Source: Candidatus Eiseniibacteriota bacterium (GTDB lineage Bacteria; Eisenbacteria; RBG-16-71-46). Taken from it: a stretch of DNA of 64,000 bases. The translations under genes and the position numbers were made by a program. The notes beneath the pieces were generated by a model that was given only the letters and a program-made list of their open reading frames with translations, had not been told where the DNA came from and did not search any database. Of this stretch, positions 21,441 through 32,700 are shown one piece after another (positions within the stretch are counted from its first letter, which is position 1; every line of letters begins with the position of its first letter). The stretch is from NCBI GenBank assembly GCA_044223005.1, contig JBGAML010000005.1:96001-160000 (forward strand), written 5' to 3'.

Positions 21441-21875
21441 ATGGCCAGTACGCCCAACGTCGTCCACGTCATCCAGCTCGCCGTCGCGCCGGTGTTCCTG
21501 CTCTCGGGCATCGGCGTCGTGCTCACGGTGCTCACGGGCCGTCTCGCGCGCATCATCGACCGCGCGCGGCTGCTCGAGGACCGGCTGCACGAGCACTCCG
21601 ACGCGCGCCGCGCCGAGATGGAAGTCGAGATGCGCCGGCTCTCGCACCGAGCCCGCATGATCAACATGGCGCTCACGTGCGGCACGAGCAGCGCGCTGCT
21701 GGTCTGCCTGGTGATCGCGCTGCTGTTCGTGGGCAGCGCGTTCCATCTCGACACCGAGGGCGTGGTCGCGGTCATGTTCGTCGCGGCGATGGTGGGCCTG
21801 ATCGCGGCGCTCTCGATCTTCCTGCGCGAGATCTACCTCGGCACCGCCCAACTCCGGATCGGACCGCCGCGCTGA
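21441..21875 (+). CDS. DUF2721-family membrane protein
   Basis: IQLAVAPVFLL, RLARIIDRAR, FLREI. Confidence 0.8.
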   Translation: MASTPNVVHVIQLAVAPVFLLSGIGVVLTVLTGRLARIIDRARLLEDRLHEHSDARRAEMEVEMRRLSHRARMINMALTCGTSSALLVCLVIALLFVGSAFHLDTEGVVAVMFVAAMVGLIAALSIFLREIYLGTAQLRIGPPR

Positions 21876-22250
21876 ACGGGCCCGATCGCGTTCCTGCTCT
21901 CGGGGGAAATGGCGGTCGCCCACGGGCGGTTCCACGCGCCGCACGACACGTGGCCAATCCAGAACCGCGGCAAGTCGGCCGTCCTGTTCTGCATGGCCCT
22001 GCCCAAGCGGTCACCGTGCGGGCGCGGGAGTGCGCCGCGGCGGCGGCGAGTACGCCATTCGGACCGCATCCCCGGCGCCTCGATCGGGGCTAGCCTGAGT
22101 GGTGGAGAAGGTCTTGCCTCGTCGCCGAACGAGGGCCCCCGACCTCCGCGCTTCACTCGCCTGATCCCTGGCCTGCGCGCGATTCCTCGACGACGTGTGC
22201 GTTCCGTCCTCGGCGATGCCGATCGGCATCCCTTTCTTCGAGGTGAGCTC

Positions 22251-22775
22251 ATGCGACTCATGCGCCTGATGCTGCGGGCCGCGTTCGCGGCCGCTCTCTT
22301 GACCACCGCCGCCGACGCCCAGCTCCTGCCGGATTCCGCGGCGCGATCGATCGCGTCGAGTTGCAAGGGACGCACGGTCCGCGTGAGCGCGGGATCGCGG
22401 ACACTCGTCTATCGCGATCCCGCGTTCACGCCTGCCGGAATCATGCCCGTGGACATCGCGCCCACCACCGGACGTGGCGCGCCCGGTTACCACGCGCCCG
22501 AACTGTTGCCGTGGAACGAGGTCGACCGAATCGAGGTGCGCGAGAGCCATGCGCGGTCGGGCTCTCTCGGAGGCCTGATCGCCGGAGGCCTTCTGGGCCT
22601 GGGGCTCGGGATGGCCATTTCGGGAGATTCGTTCCTCGGCAACGGCTTCTCGGGCGGGGACATGGTGCTTTCGATCGGGCTGGGCGCCATGACCGGGGCC
22701 TTCGTCGGAGCCCTGGGCGGCGGGATGGTCCCGAGGTGGCGCATCGTCTATCGCCGCGACGGCGGGCGCCCGTGA
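22251..22775 (+). CDS. Exported hypothetical protein with C-terminal glycine-zipper helices
   Basis: GAGGTG RBS, signal peptide, GxxxG-rich hydrophobic hairpin. Confidence 0.6.
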   Translation: MRLMRLMLRAAFAAALLTTAADAQLLPDSAARSIASSCKGRTVRVSAGSRTLVYRDPAFTPAGIMPVDIAPTTGRGAPGYHAPELLPWNEVDRIEVRESHARSGSLGGLIAGGLLGLGLGMAISGDSFLGNGFSGGDMVLSIGLGAMTGAFVGALGGGMVPRWRIVYRRDGGRP

Positions 22776-24325
22776 ATCGCGGCGGGCGAGAACAAGATGC
22801 GGGAGGCGCGCTCCTGAGCCCTCCACTCACGTGGACGTGCGCCGTCCTTCTGGGACTTGCGTTGCTCGCACTCCCGGCCCGCGCTGCCGCGGTCGACATG
22901 CCCGGCGAGCCAGCACCGGCTCCGGGTGGCTACCCGGCAGCGCCATCGCTTCTCGCCGACGGCCGGGGTGGTGTCCTCCTGGTCTGGGAGGCCGACATCG
23001 GGACGGCCCGCTGCAAGGCGAGAAACGTCCGGATCCAGCATGTGCTGGTGCGGGGGCAGGTGGACCCGGCATGGCCGCCCGGAGGGCTCGAGCTCGGCGT
23101 TGTTCCGTTCGCCATCCGCAGCCACGTGGCCATCAGCGACGGCGCGGGCGGCGCCATCGTGGCATGGGACGACTGTCGCAAGGGCAAGGACCTCGATGTC
23201 TGCGCCCAACACGTGCTGGCCGACGGCAGGTGCGATCCCGCCTGGCCCGCGGGTGGCCGCGTGCTCTGCGCGGCGGTGCGCGATCAGCACCACGTCGCCA
23301 TCGCACCCGATGGCGCGGGCGGTGCGATCGCCGTCTGGGCGGACGGGCGACGGCGGCGACACGGCGAGCAGCGCGACCTCTACGCCCAGCACGTGACGAT
23401 CCGCGGCGAGCTGGATTCGCTCTATCCCGCGGACGGCCGACGGGTATGCACGGCCCCCGGGAACCGTTCTCCCGAGGATCTCGTCGCCGACGGACGCGGC
23501 GGCGCGATCGTCGTCTGGATCGACTGGCGCCGAAAGGACTCCGACCTCTACGCCCGACATCTCGCGAGCGGCGAGCCCGATTCGACGTGGCTCGCGCCGG
23601 AGGTGCCGGTATGCACTGCCGAAGGCGATCAATGGGCGTGCCGGTGCGCTCCGGATGGCGCAGGTGGAGCCCTCGTGGCGTGGGAGGACTACCGGCTGGG
23701 CAAGCCCATGGACTATGGCCAGGTTTTCGCGCAGCACGTGACCGCCGAAGGAGCGCCGGATTCCCGCTGGCCCGCGGACGGACGGAACCCGTACGCGGGT
23801 CGGACGGCGCTGTTCAGCCCGACACTGGCGGAGGACGGATCAGGCGGCGCGTTCGTGGCATGCGAGGACTACGAAGGTGGCGAACGGGTCTCGGTCCAGC
23901 ACGTGCTTACGAGCGGACCGGACCCAGCGTGGCCCGCGGAAGGGCTCTCGCTTCGGACCAGCGCGGGGTGGGAGCACACGCCCGTGATCGTGGCCGACGG
24001 TTCCGGAGGCGCGATCGCGGCGTGGATGGATGACCGCAACGATCGGGATCACGACGCGAGCCTGGATATCTTCGCGCAGCACGCGACGCGCGACGCGCAG
24101 GCCGATCCCTCGTGGCCGGCCCATGGCGTGGCGGTGTGCGCCGTGCCCGGCCTGCAGGGCCAGACGGTGATCGCTTCGGACGGAGCGGGCGGGGCTTTCG
24201 TCGGCTGGCTCGACGATCGGCCCGGTGCGCACGGTGTCTACGTCCAGCACGTGCTGGCCGCGGGGCGGTGGGATCCCGCGTGGCCCGAGAACGGGCTCGA
24301 GGTCTGCGGACCCACGGGATCCTGA
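22772..24325 (+). CDS. Exported beta-propeller-like repeat protein
   Basis: About 8 repeats of DGxGGAxVxWxD...xAQHV...DPxWPxxG; GTGA overlap with the upstream stop. Confidence 0.75.
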   Translation: MNRGGREQDAGGALLSPPLTWTCAVLLGLALLALPARAAAVDMPGEPAPAPGGYPAAPSLLADGRGGVLLVWEADIGTARCKARNVRIQHVLVRGQVDPAWPPGGLELGVVPFAIRSHVAISDGAGGAIVAWDDCRKGKDLDVCAQHVLADGRCDPAWPAGGRVLCAAVRDQHHVAIAPDGAGGAIAVWADGRRRRHGEQRDLYAQHVTIRGELDSLYPADGRRVCTAPGNRSPEDLVADGRGGAIVVWIDWRRKDSDLYARHLASGEPDSTWLAPEVPVCTAEGDQWACRCAPDGAGGALVAWEDYRLGKPMDYGQVFAQHVTAEGAPDSRWPADGRNPYAGRTALFSPTLAEDGSGGAFVACEDYEGGERVSVQHVLTSGPDPAWPAEGLSLRTSAGWEHTPVIVADGSGGAIAAWMDDRNDRDHDASLDIFAQHATRDAQADPSWPAHGVAVCAVPGLQGQTVIASDGAGGAFVGWLDDRPGAHGVYVQHVLAAGRWDPAWPENGLEVCGPTGS

Positions 24326-24502
24326 TCCCGGAGCCTCGGGCGCGGGAAAGCGTCCGGAGCCATCGGCCCCGAAATCGCACGGGGGATCGGCCGCATCCAA
24401 CGGCCCGGTGACCGGCGTCGCCAGCGCCCGGATCGCGGGGCGCGGCGGGCGCCATTCCGCGCACCATGTCGGGCCGCCACACTCCACACTCGAGAGGGAC
24501 CC

Positions 24503-25585
24503 ATGACGTCGCACGCTCCTCGTACGACCCGCGGCCGCGGCAGGCTCTTCGACAGCATCGTCGACACCATCGGCGACACGCCGTGCATTCGCGTGAACGC
24601 CCTGGCGCCGAAGCACGTGCGGCTCTACGTGAAGGCCGAGTTCTTCAACCCGGCCGCGTCGGTGAAGGACCGCCTCGCGATCAGCATCATCGAGGAAGCC
24701 GAACGCCGCGGGGACCTGAAGCCCGGCCAGACGGTGGTGGAGGCCACGAGCGGGAACACCGGCATCGGCCTCGCGATGGTGTGCGCCGCGAAGGGCTATC
24801 CGCTCGTCGTGACGATGGCCGACAGCTTCTCGATCGAGCGCCGCAAGCTGATGCGCTTCCTCGGCGCCAAGGTCGTGCTCACGCCGCGCGCCGCGAAGGG
24901 CATCGGCATGTACCAGAAGGCCAAGGAACTCGCCGAGGCGAACGGCTGGTTCCTCGCGCGGCAGTTCGAGACCGCGGACAACGCCAAGGTGCACGAGAAC
25001 ACCACCGCCCGCGAGATCCTCGCCGACTTCGCGGGTGAGCGGCTCGACTACTTCGTCAGCGGATACGGCACCGGCGGCACGTTCGTCGGCGTCTCGCGCG
25101 TCCTTCGCAAGGAGCGGCCCGAGACGAAGATCGTGCTCGCGGAGCCCGCGAACGCGCAGCTGCTGGGCTCGGGGATCGCACAGGGGAGAGCAGCAGACCA
25201 CTCGCCGGCCGTGAGCCACTCGGCCTGGGAGCCGCACCCGATCCAAGGCTGGACACCGGACTTCGTGCCGTACGTGCTGCAGGAAGGCGTCGAGAACAAG
25301 TTCTACGACCAACTGGTTCCCGTGCCCGGTCCCGTCGGCATCGAGTGGAGCCGCAAGCTCGCGCGGCAGGAGGGCATCTTCACCGGCATCTCGGGTGGCG
25401 CTTCGTTCGCGGTCGCGCTGCAGGTCGCGGAGAAGGCCGCGCCCGGATCGGTGCTGCTCTGCATGCTGCCGGATACGGGCGAGCGCTACCTCTCGTCGCC
25501 GCTCTTCGAAGGCATCCCCGAGGAGATGACGGAGGAAGAGCTCGCGCTGTCCCGCTCGACGCCGTCGAGCCAGATGCCGGCCTGA
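24503..25585 (+). CDS. cysK: Cysteine synthase A
   Basis: FNPAASVKDR, EATSGNTG, GTGGT, HPIQG, PDTGERYLS. Confidence 0.9.
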   Translation: MTSHAPRTTRGRGRLFDSIVDTIGDTPCIRVNALAPKHVRLYVKAEFFNPAASVKDRLAISIIEEAERRGDLKPGQTVVEATSGNTGIGLAMVCAAKGYPLVVTMADSFSIERRKLMRFLGAKVVLTPRAAKGIGMYQKAKELAEANGWFLARQFETADNAKVHENTTAREILADFAGERLDYFVSGYGTGGTFVGVSRVLRKERPETKIVLAEPANAQLLGSGIAQGRAADHSPAVSHSAWEPHPIQGWTPDFVPYVLQEGVENKFYDQLVPVPGPVGIEWSRKLARQEGIFTGISGGASFAVALQVAEKAAPGSVLLCMLPDTGERYLSSPLFEGIPEEMTEEELALSRSTPSSQMPA

Positions 25586-25721
25586 AGCGGGCCGAGCCGA
25601 CGCCGGGGGCGGCCCGCTGGGCCGATCCTCGCGCGAGCCGCTATCATGCGGTTCGCGCCTTCGGGGCTGCGCGGCACCAGCCGCGCGGCTCCGAAGGCCT
25701 CACGAGCGAGGTTCGTCATGA

Positions 25722-26900
25722 CGCAAGCCCCACCGCGGTGTCGCCATCGGCTTCGCTGAACTCGGTGTTTCGCCCGAACTGATCGCCGCGCTGTCGCGGC
25801 AGGGCATCACGAAACCGACGGCGATCCAGGCGCTGGCGCTGCCGGTGCTGCGCGGCGGCGGCGATGCGTACCTGAACTCCGAGACCGGCACGGGCAAGAC
25901 GCTGGCGTACCTGCTGCCCATTTTGGGAGCGCTCGAGCTCGAGCCCCCGGCCACGCAGGCGATCGTCGCCGCGCCCACGCACGAGCTCGCGCTCCAGATC
26001 CATCGGCAGTGCTGCGACCTCGCGCAGAACGCCGGCATGCCCGTGCGAGCGCTGCTCCTGATCGGCGGGACGCCGCTCGATCGGCAGGTCGAGAAGCTCA
26101 AGGCCCGGCCGCACGTGGTGGTCGGCACGCCCGGGCGGCTGCAGGAGCTGATCCAGATGGGCAAGCTCAAGACGCCCGCGATCCGCACGCTGGTGCTCGA
26201 CGAGGCCGACCGCCTGCTCGCCGACGAGGGCGTCGCGCAGGTCCAAAAGATCGTGCGCGCCTTGCCGCCCAATCGGCAGATCGTGTGCGTGTCGGCAACC
26301 GAGCAGGCCGAGAGTTCGCAGGCGCTCGCGGCGATCACGCCCGAACTGCCGATGCTGCGCCCCGGCGCTGCCGCGACCGTGAACGCCGACATCACGCACC
26401 TCTACCTGTTCTGCCAGGAGCGCGACAAGCCCCGCGTGCTGCGGCAGCTCCTGCGCGCGACCGACCCCGAGCGCGCGCTCGTGTTCACGCACCAGAACAC
26501 CACCGCCGAGAACGTCGCCGCGCAACTCGAGCACCACGGCATCACGGCCGCGGCGCTGCACGGCGCGAACGACAAGTTCGCGCGCAAGCAGGCAATGGAC
26601 GACTTCCGGAGCGGTGCCGCGCAGGTGCTGATCGCCTCCGACGTCGCGGCCCGCGGGCTCGACCTGCCCGGCGTCACGCACATCGTGAACCTCGACATGC
26701 CATCGGAGAGCAAGGCCTACCTGCACCGCGCCGGCCGCACCGGCCGTGCGGGCGTTCCCGGCGTGTGCATCACGCTCGTCACCGAGCGCGACGCGCGCCT
26801 CGTTCGCCGCTACGAGCGCGAGCTGGGGATCGGCCTCCAGTGCGTGATGTTGCGCGCCGGCCAACTCCACGCCGCACACGACGCGAAGCAGCACGGGTGA
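25722..26900 (+). CDS. DEAD-box RNA helicase (start codon unresolved)
   Basis: Q motif FAELG...PTAIQ, TGTGKT, PTHEL, TPGR, DEAD, SAT, ARGLD, HRAGRTGR. The frame is open from 25722 but has no ATG/GTG/TTG before the Q motif. Confidence 0.85.
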   Translation, partial: RKPHRGVAIGFAELGVSPELIAALSRQGITKPTAIQALALPVLRGGGDAYLNSETGTGKTLAYLLPILGALELEPPATQAIVAAPTHELALQIHRQCCDLAQNAGMPVRALLLIGGTPLDRQVEKLKARPHVVVGTPGRLQELIQMGKLKTPAIRTLVLDEADRLLADEGVAQVQKIVRALPPNRQIVCVSATEQAESSQALAAITPELPMLRPGAAATVNADITHLYLFCQERDKPRVLRQLLRATDPERALVFTHQNTTAENVAAQLEHHGITAAALHGANDKFARKQAMDDFRSGAAQVLIASDVAARGLDLPGVTHIVNLDMPSESKAYLHRAGRTGRAGVPGVCITLVTERDARLVRRYERELGIGLQCVMLRAGQLHAAHDAKQHG

Positions 26901-27228
26901 GGGGCGGAAAGGGCCAACCCGGGAGTTGACGTGCTGAACAGGGCGCACGAATTGCCCACGAGCAACGACGTTTAGTAGTACGTGTTGGGGCGGCCACATT
27001 CTTGGCGGGCGTACGCGAGCTTTGAAGGTACTACTTTCGTACCCGCTCCCAGCCGCACCGATTGCGCCTAGGATGACGCTCGTACACGGTCATGCCTCGT
27101 CGTCGACCGGGGCCCCCCGACCTCCGCTGATCTGCACCTCAGGTTGCGCTTCATGAGCGACTTCAGGACGACGTGCGCGACCCACCATTCGCGACACTGT
27201 TCGACCCCCCTCGCACAGAGGTGAGCTC

Positions 27229-29097
27229 ATGCGACGCATGTCACTGACGCTGCGGATCGCTTTCGCGGCCGCCGTCACGGTTACCGCCGCGCACGCGCAG
27301 ACCGCCACACCGGTCTTTGGCGGCTTGCAGGCGTTCCAACATTCCGCGCGGGTTGTGTTGGGCGCCGGAAAACTCGTCGGTGTCCACGGTGACTCCGTGT
27401 CCCAAGTGGTCGTCAGCAGCAAGGGGGCATGGTTGATCGGCAGCCGCGCTTGTGTCGCGTCGTTCTGCGCTCCCCTGGGCAGTACGTGCGCGTTCGGGAC
27501 GTCGGCGGTGCTCGCGAGGTCTTACCAGAGCACGACGTTCGACGCCCTTGCGATCGGCGATCCCGGTGCGAACAACGGAGCGGGTGCCGTATACGTCTAT
27601 TTCGGCGCACCACTGCCCGACAGCACGCCAGCACTCGTGCTGCATGGGGAGAACCCCGGGGACCTGTTCGGCGCATCGCTCGCGAATGTCGGCGACATGA
27701 ATGGGGACGGGTTCCATGAACTCCTCGTCGGAGCACCCGGGCGACAGTCGGGAACCGGCGCGGCGTTCGTGTACCTTGGCGGCACCGCGCCGCCGATCAG
27801 TTCCAGTTCACGCACGACCGGTTCTGGTGCCGGTGAACTCTTCGGCGCTTCAGTTGTGGCCGTGGGCGATCTCGATGCGGACGGAAAGGCCGATTTCGCG
27901 GTAGGTGCTCCCGGCTCTGCGGAGGGCCGCGGAAAGGTGGTCGTGGTTCTCGCGACGGGGCAGCAGTTGCAGGTCCTGCAAGACCCGGTCGCGAATGCTA
28001 CCTACGGCGAGCGTGCGCGCTTCGGCGCCACCCTCGCATCGGGCGGCGATTGGACTGGTGATGGCCACGCCGACCTGCTCGTGGGCGCACCTGGCGCGGG
28101 CAAGGGCAGGGGGGCGGCCTACTTGTTCGCGGGCGCTCCGAGCTCGTTCGCAGCTTCGCCGATCGCGATCACAGGCACCGAGGTCGGCGATCGATTCGGC
28201 TCTTCGCTGGTCCTGGGCAACCTTCGCGATCCGAGCTTGATCGAGGCCGCGATCGGCAGCCCGGGGGCCGATGAAGGACATGGTGTCGTGGAGGTATTCC
28301 ACGGAGGCGCCGGCGCCGACCTGCTTCCCGACCTGCGTCTCGAGGGTCTCGCACCTGACGATCAGTTCGGCGCAAGCATCGGGATCGCCTCGATCTACCC
28401 CCGCGCGATTGCCCAACAGCTCCTTCTTGGTGCGCCCATGGCCGATGGCGCTGCGCCCTCGGCAGGCGCCGCGTGGTTCATCGCTCTGCCGCCTGCCACG
28501 GCGGTGGAGAACAGTACGGTGGCGATCGAATCCGATGGCCTGCCATTGCTGCAAGGTCAGTTCACGACGACGGAGCCCACACTCGTACTGCGACTCGTCG
28601 GAGCGAAGGGTCTCGACGTTCACGCGGCCGACATCGCACTGGATGGCGCGGCTGTGCCACAGGCCACGCTGATTCCACGAGCAGATGGTGCCCTCACGGC
28701 GCATCTCGCCGGACTCGTTGAAGGCCCGCACGTGCTCACCGCTCGTCTCGTCGACCAGGGAGGAGCGCTAGCCGGTTCGGCCCAAATACAATTCATGGCC
28801 GCCAAGAGATTGCGAGTCGAGGGCGTACGCGTCACGCCGAATCCGACAAGGGGCTCGGCGCGACTCGAGTTCGTGTTGACACGTCCGGCTCGGTACGAGC
28901 TCGCTCTTTACGACATCGCAGGGCGTCGCACCAGCTCCGTCGAACGCGCCGTGAGTGTCCCCGGTGTCAACTCGATCCGGTTCGGTGATGCTCGCCCCGG
29001 GGGCTCCACGCCGCCGGGCATCTACTTCTACGTGCTGTCGGCCCAGTACCTCGGCCAGCGGACCGAGGCGCGTGGCCGCGTGGTGGTCCTGCCATGA
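27229..29097 (+). CDS. Exported FG-GAP/integrin-like beta-propeller protein with Ig-like module and T9SS/FlgD-like C-terminal domain
   Basis: FG...GD.N/DGDG...VGAP repeats; tail TPNP...LYDIAGR...PGIYFYVL...GRVVVLP. Confidence 0.85.
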   Translation: MRRMSLTLRIAFAAAVTVTAAHAQTATPVFGGLQAFQHSARVVLGAGKLVGVHGDSVSQVVVSSKGAWLIGSRACVASFCAPLGSTCAFGTSAVLARSYQSTTFDALAIGDPGANNGAGAVYVYFGAPLPDSTPALVLHGENPGDLFGASLANVGDMNGDGFHELLVGAPGRQSGTGAAFVYLGGTAPPISSSSRTTGSGAGELFGASVVAVGDLDADGKADFAVGAPGSAEGRGKVVVVLATGQQLQVLQDPVANATYGERARFGATLASGGDWTGDGHADLLVGAPGAGKGRGAAYLFAGAPSSFAASPIAITGTEVGDRFGSSLVLGNLRDPSLIEAAIGSPGADEGHGVVEVFHGGAGADLLPDLRLEGLAPDDQFGASIGIASIYPRAIAQQLLLGAPMADGAAPSAGAAWFIALPPATAVENSTVAIESDGLPLLQGQFTTTEPTLVLRLVGAKGLDVHAADIALDGAAVPQATLIPRADGALTAHLAGLVEGPHVLTARLVDQGGALAGSAQIQFMAAKRLRVEGVRVTPNPTRGSARLEFVLTRPARYELALYDIAGRRTSSVERAVSVPGVNSIRFGDARPGGSTPPGIYFYVLSAQYLGQRTEARGRVVVLP

Positions 29098-29117
29098 GCG
29101 GGCCGCGAGGTGATTCC

Positions 29118-29711
29118 ATGACGAAGCGCATGCAGGTGCTCGCAACGATCGTGGTGGGGCTCGCACTGGCGATGGTGTCGGTCTGCGCCGCGGCCGGCGC
29201 CTCGGCGCCGGACCGCGCCCCGGTGGGCAAGCCGACCAGCGCATCGGTGCCGTGGACTGCTGAGCAAGCCACACGCCTTCATGCTTTCACGATTCGGGCA
29301 CTCCGCCGCGACACGACTCTGACTCCCGCCATGCGCGATGAATTCCGCTCGCTCGCGTCCCAGGCTTCCGCCGCGCCCGGCGTCGGGATCCAGGGCCTGC
29401 GAGACCGTCTGATCGGACAGAGCGTCATGCATCCGCTGGCGATCTACCGCGACGCGCTCGTCGCATTCGACGCTGGTTCCGTGAACGGTGCCAACGCACG
29501 TCGCGCGTGTGAGGCCCGGCTCGCCGCGATCGGACATCTATCGCCGGCGGCCGTGCGCGCCGGCGACCGCGTGGTCGCTTCGGCTGCGTCACGCGACTCG
29601 ATTTCCGCCGGCAGCAGCTCCCAGGCTCTCTCACGAACGATCCTGCAGGGCTTGATCGGCAACCTCGAAGCGGCTCAGGCCCGTTTCGACGCCCTCCTGA
29701 GCCGCCCATGA
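29118..29711 (+). CDS. Exported helical hypothetical protein
   Basis: GAGGTG RBS, signal peptide MTKRMQVLATIVVGLALAMVSVCAAA. An alternative ATG at 29094 overlaps the upstream stop. Confidence 0.65.
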   Translation: MTKRMQVLATIVVGLALAMVSVCAAAGASAPDRAPVGKPTSASVPWTAEQATRLHAFTIRALRRDTTLTPAMRDEFRSLASQASAAPGVGIQGLRDRLIGQSVMHPLAIYRDALVAFDAGSVNGANARRACEARLAAIGHLSPAAVRAGDRVVASAASRDSISAGSSSQALSRTILQGLIGNLEAAQARFDALLSRP

Positions 29712-29779
29712 CGCGCCGACACGAATTTCCGGCTGCTCACACTATCGCTCCTTTTGCAAGTTCTCCGGGAGGTTTCCCC

Positions 29780-32700
29780 GTGAGCCGCACACCACAGGCC
29801 ACACTCACGCGCCTCGGATGGCTCCTGACCGCCGTGAGCCTCGTTCTCATTCCGGTGCTCGTACCCGGCACCGTTCAAGCCTCGTCGCGGACATGGCTGT
29901 TCACAAACACCACAAGTGGATGGACGGGCTCGACTGGCACCACGGTCACCAGCGACGGGGGCAGCAACCTGCACGTGGTCTTCGCCACAGGTGGCGGCCT
30001 ATACAGCCAGAACTTCGCAGGCTCGCCCTTCTACGGATACCACGACGACTACATCCGGTTCGGGTACCGCTTCACCGATGGAGCCATCTCGACGCTTCAG
30101 TTCGACTTCCAGACCACGACTCGTCCAGATTGGACGTCGCCTGACTACATGATGACCGGGCTGCTCCACGACGGCCAATGGCATTGGGCGACGTTCAACG
30201 TCGGCTCCATCTCCGGCTGGGCCGGGAACTTCGTCTCGCAGCTTCGCTTCATCGCTCGCGGCAGCGGTGGAGGTGGCGCCAGTGGCGTCATGGACATCGA
30301 CTTCATGGCGATGCGCCTGGATGACAAGACAACCAACACCGTTGTCCTCGGGGCGGCGTCCCCAGCCGGATGGACAAATGGTGACATCAGCATCCCTGTC
30401 TGGGGGTATGACCCACCCCCGAACGGCTTCAGCGGTACCACGCCCCCGGACCGGTATGGCTCGGGCATCGATCATTTCAATTGGTGGCTGGATGGAGGCG
30501 GAGGCAGCAGCGGGACCATTCCGAACACGACTGCGCTGGGAATGGACGCGGAGTATAACAACGATGGAGTCGACACTCCGATCCTAACTTTGACGAAGGG
30601 TGCCATTCCGCCTGGGACCCACTCCGTTTACGTCAACGCCGCGGACCGGTGCCAGCACGGTCCAGGGCCGGTCGGAGGTGTGATTGTTCACTACGACCCC
30701 AACGCGCCCAATCAGCCTGTCGTGTACGGCACCTCCGCCTGGACGAACGACGTCAGCTTCTACGTCTACTGGAACGACCCGGGAGACGACCTGTCCGGCG
30801 TGGTTGGCTACGACTGGATGCTCGACGGTGCCTACCAGGGGCCTGCCCCCGGGAACTGGGCTGGGTTCGACGCTTCCTACAGCGGCGACCACTGGGTGCA
30901 AGTGCGTGCCTGGGATGCGGCGGGCAACGCGAGCGCATGGAGCGCACAGTTTTGGATGCACTACGACGCGGTGCCACCGAGCAGTTCCCCAGTGACCGTT
31001 TTCCCGGCAGGGTATTCGACCACCCGGACATTTAGCTTCAACTGGGGGACTGGCAGCGACGCGCATTCCGGAGTCTGTGGCTGGTACTATGCCATTGATG
31101 AGGGACCGGCCACCTTCATCGGTACGCCATCCCTCTCGGGCAGCTTTGACGTCGCCGAAGGCAGCCACACCTTCTGGGTCTGCGCCGTCGACTGCGCCGG
31201 GAATCTCGGCAACTGGCAAGACGTGCCGTTCCACTACTATCCCAACTATATCCAGCCGGTGACGGGCTTGTCTCCGGCGACCAGCCAGGTCGCACTGCCG
31301 CAGACGTTCTCCTGGGCGGCCACGACGACTCGGGGGAGGCCATACGTGGTCCAGGTTGCCGCCGACTCCGACTTCACGACCGGCGTCACCCAGTTCGCGA
31401 GCGACGTGAACTACCGCTTCATCCCCGCGGCATCGGCACCTGTCAACGGCCAGACCTACTACTGGCGAGTCGCCTGCGAGGCATCGGCTCCGCTCAACTG
31501 GAGCGCGTCGACCCCCATCGTGCCATACGTGCCACCGCCGCCGCCTGCGAACATGGTGATCGGACAGGAATTCCCCTCTGGGCAGGCCGGCGAAGGCGTG
31601 AACACGTCGCTGGGTGCTGTGACGCGCAGCCTTCCGATTCTCACCATGCGCGGTCCCGGCGGGGACTTGCCACTCACGGCGTGGTACTCATCGCAGGCGC
31701 AGCGCAACAGCCTGCTGGGTTCACGATGGAATTGGACCCTCGGCTCCCTCGTGACTCCGTTGGAGACGAGTGCCTCCGTGACGCTCGAGGACAATCAGGA
31801 CCTTTCGTTCACTCGGAGCGACAGCGCATTTGCGGCGGGACTCGGTGTGTACGACTCCCTCTCGGGCGATGGAGTCAACGGTTACACTTTCCTGCGCACT
31901 TCTCGTGAACGCCTTACGTTCGACGGGACCGGGTTGCTTCAGGCGATCGCAGATCGCAGCGGCAACGCCGTCACCCTTCACTACGTGGGCGGCGTCTTGC
32001 AGTGGTTCTCCGATCCCGGCGGTCGCCGCTATGACGTGACGGTGACGAACAGTCGAGTCACTCTTATTCGTGACGTCATCGGCCGCACGTGGCAGTTCGC
32101 GTACGACGCCGCGGGCTACCTCTCCACGTTCACCGACGCGAACGGCGGGCAGACGCACTACTCCTACGATGGTCAAGGTCGGCTCACGCAGGTCACGGAC
32201 CCGCTGGGGCACCGGGTGTTGCGCTGCACCTACGACGGTCCGGGGCGCGTTAGCACCCAGACCGATGCCCTGGACGGCGTGACAACCTTCGGGTATGACG
32301 ACTCGACCCACCGTACGACGATCATGAACCCGGCGGGCGGAGTACTCGTACACCTTCATGATGCGAACTATCGCTTGATAGCCGATGTGAACGAGCGCGG
32401 CGACACCACCTCCTACGCCTACGATGCCAACCACAATCGCATTCTCGTCCGTGATGCACTGGGGCACACGACTCGCTACGAGTACGACCCCCGGGGCAAT
32501 ACCTCCCGGACGATCGACGCGCTCGGCGACTCGACTCGCACCCTTTTCGACCCGACCAACAGCCCGACGATGCGCGTCGATGCCCTGGGGCACGCGACGA
32601 CGTACGTCAATGACGTCCTGGGTCGGCCGACCGAGATCGACGAGCCACTGGGGAAGGTGACGCGCAATACCTACACGACGACGGGCCAGATCGCGCAGCG

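Noticed and set aside
21909..22030. Short cupin-like peptide (PHDTWPIQNRGKSAVLFCMALP) upstream of the 22251 gene
   Set aside because: Too short to support a call; at most a gene remnant.
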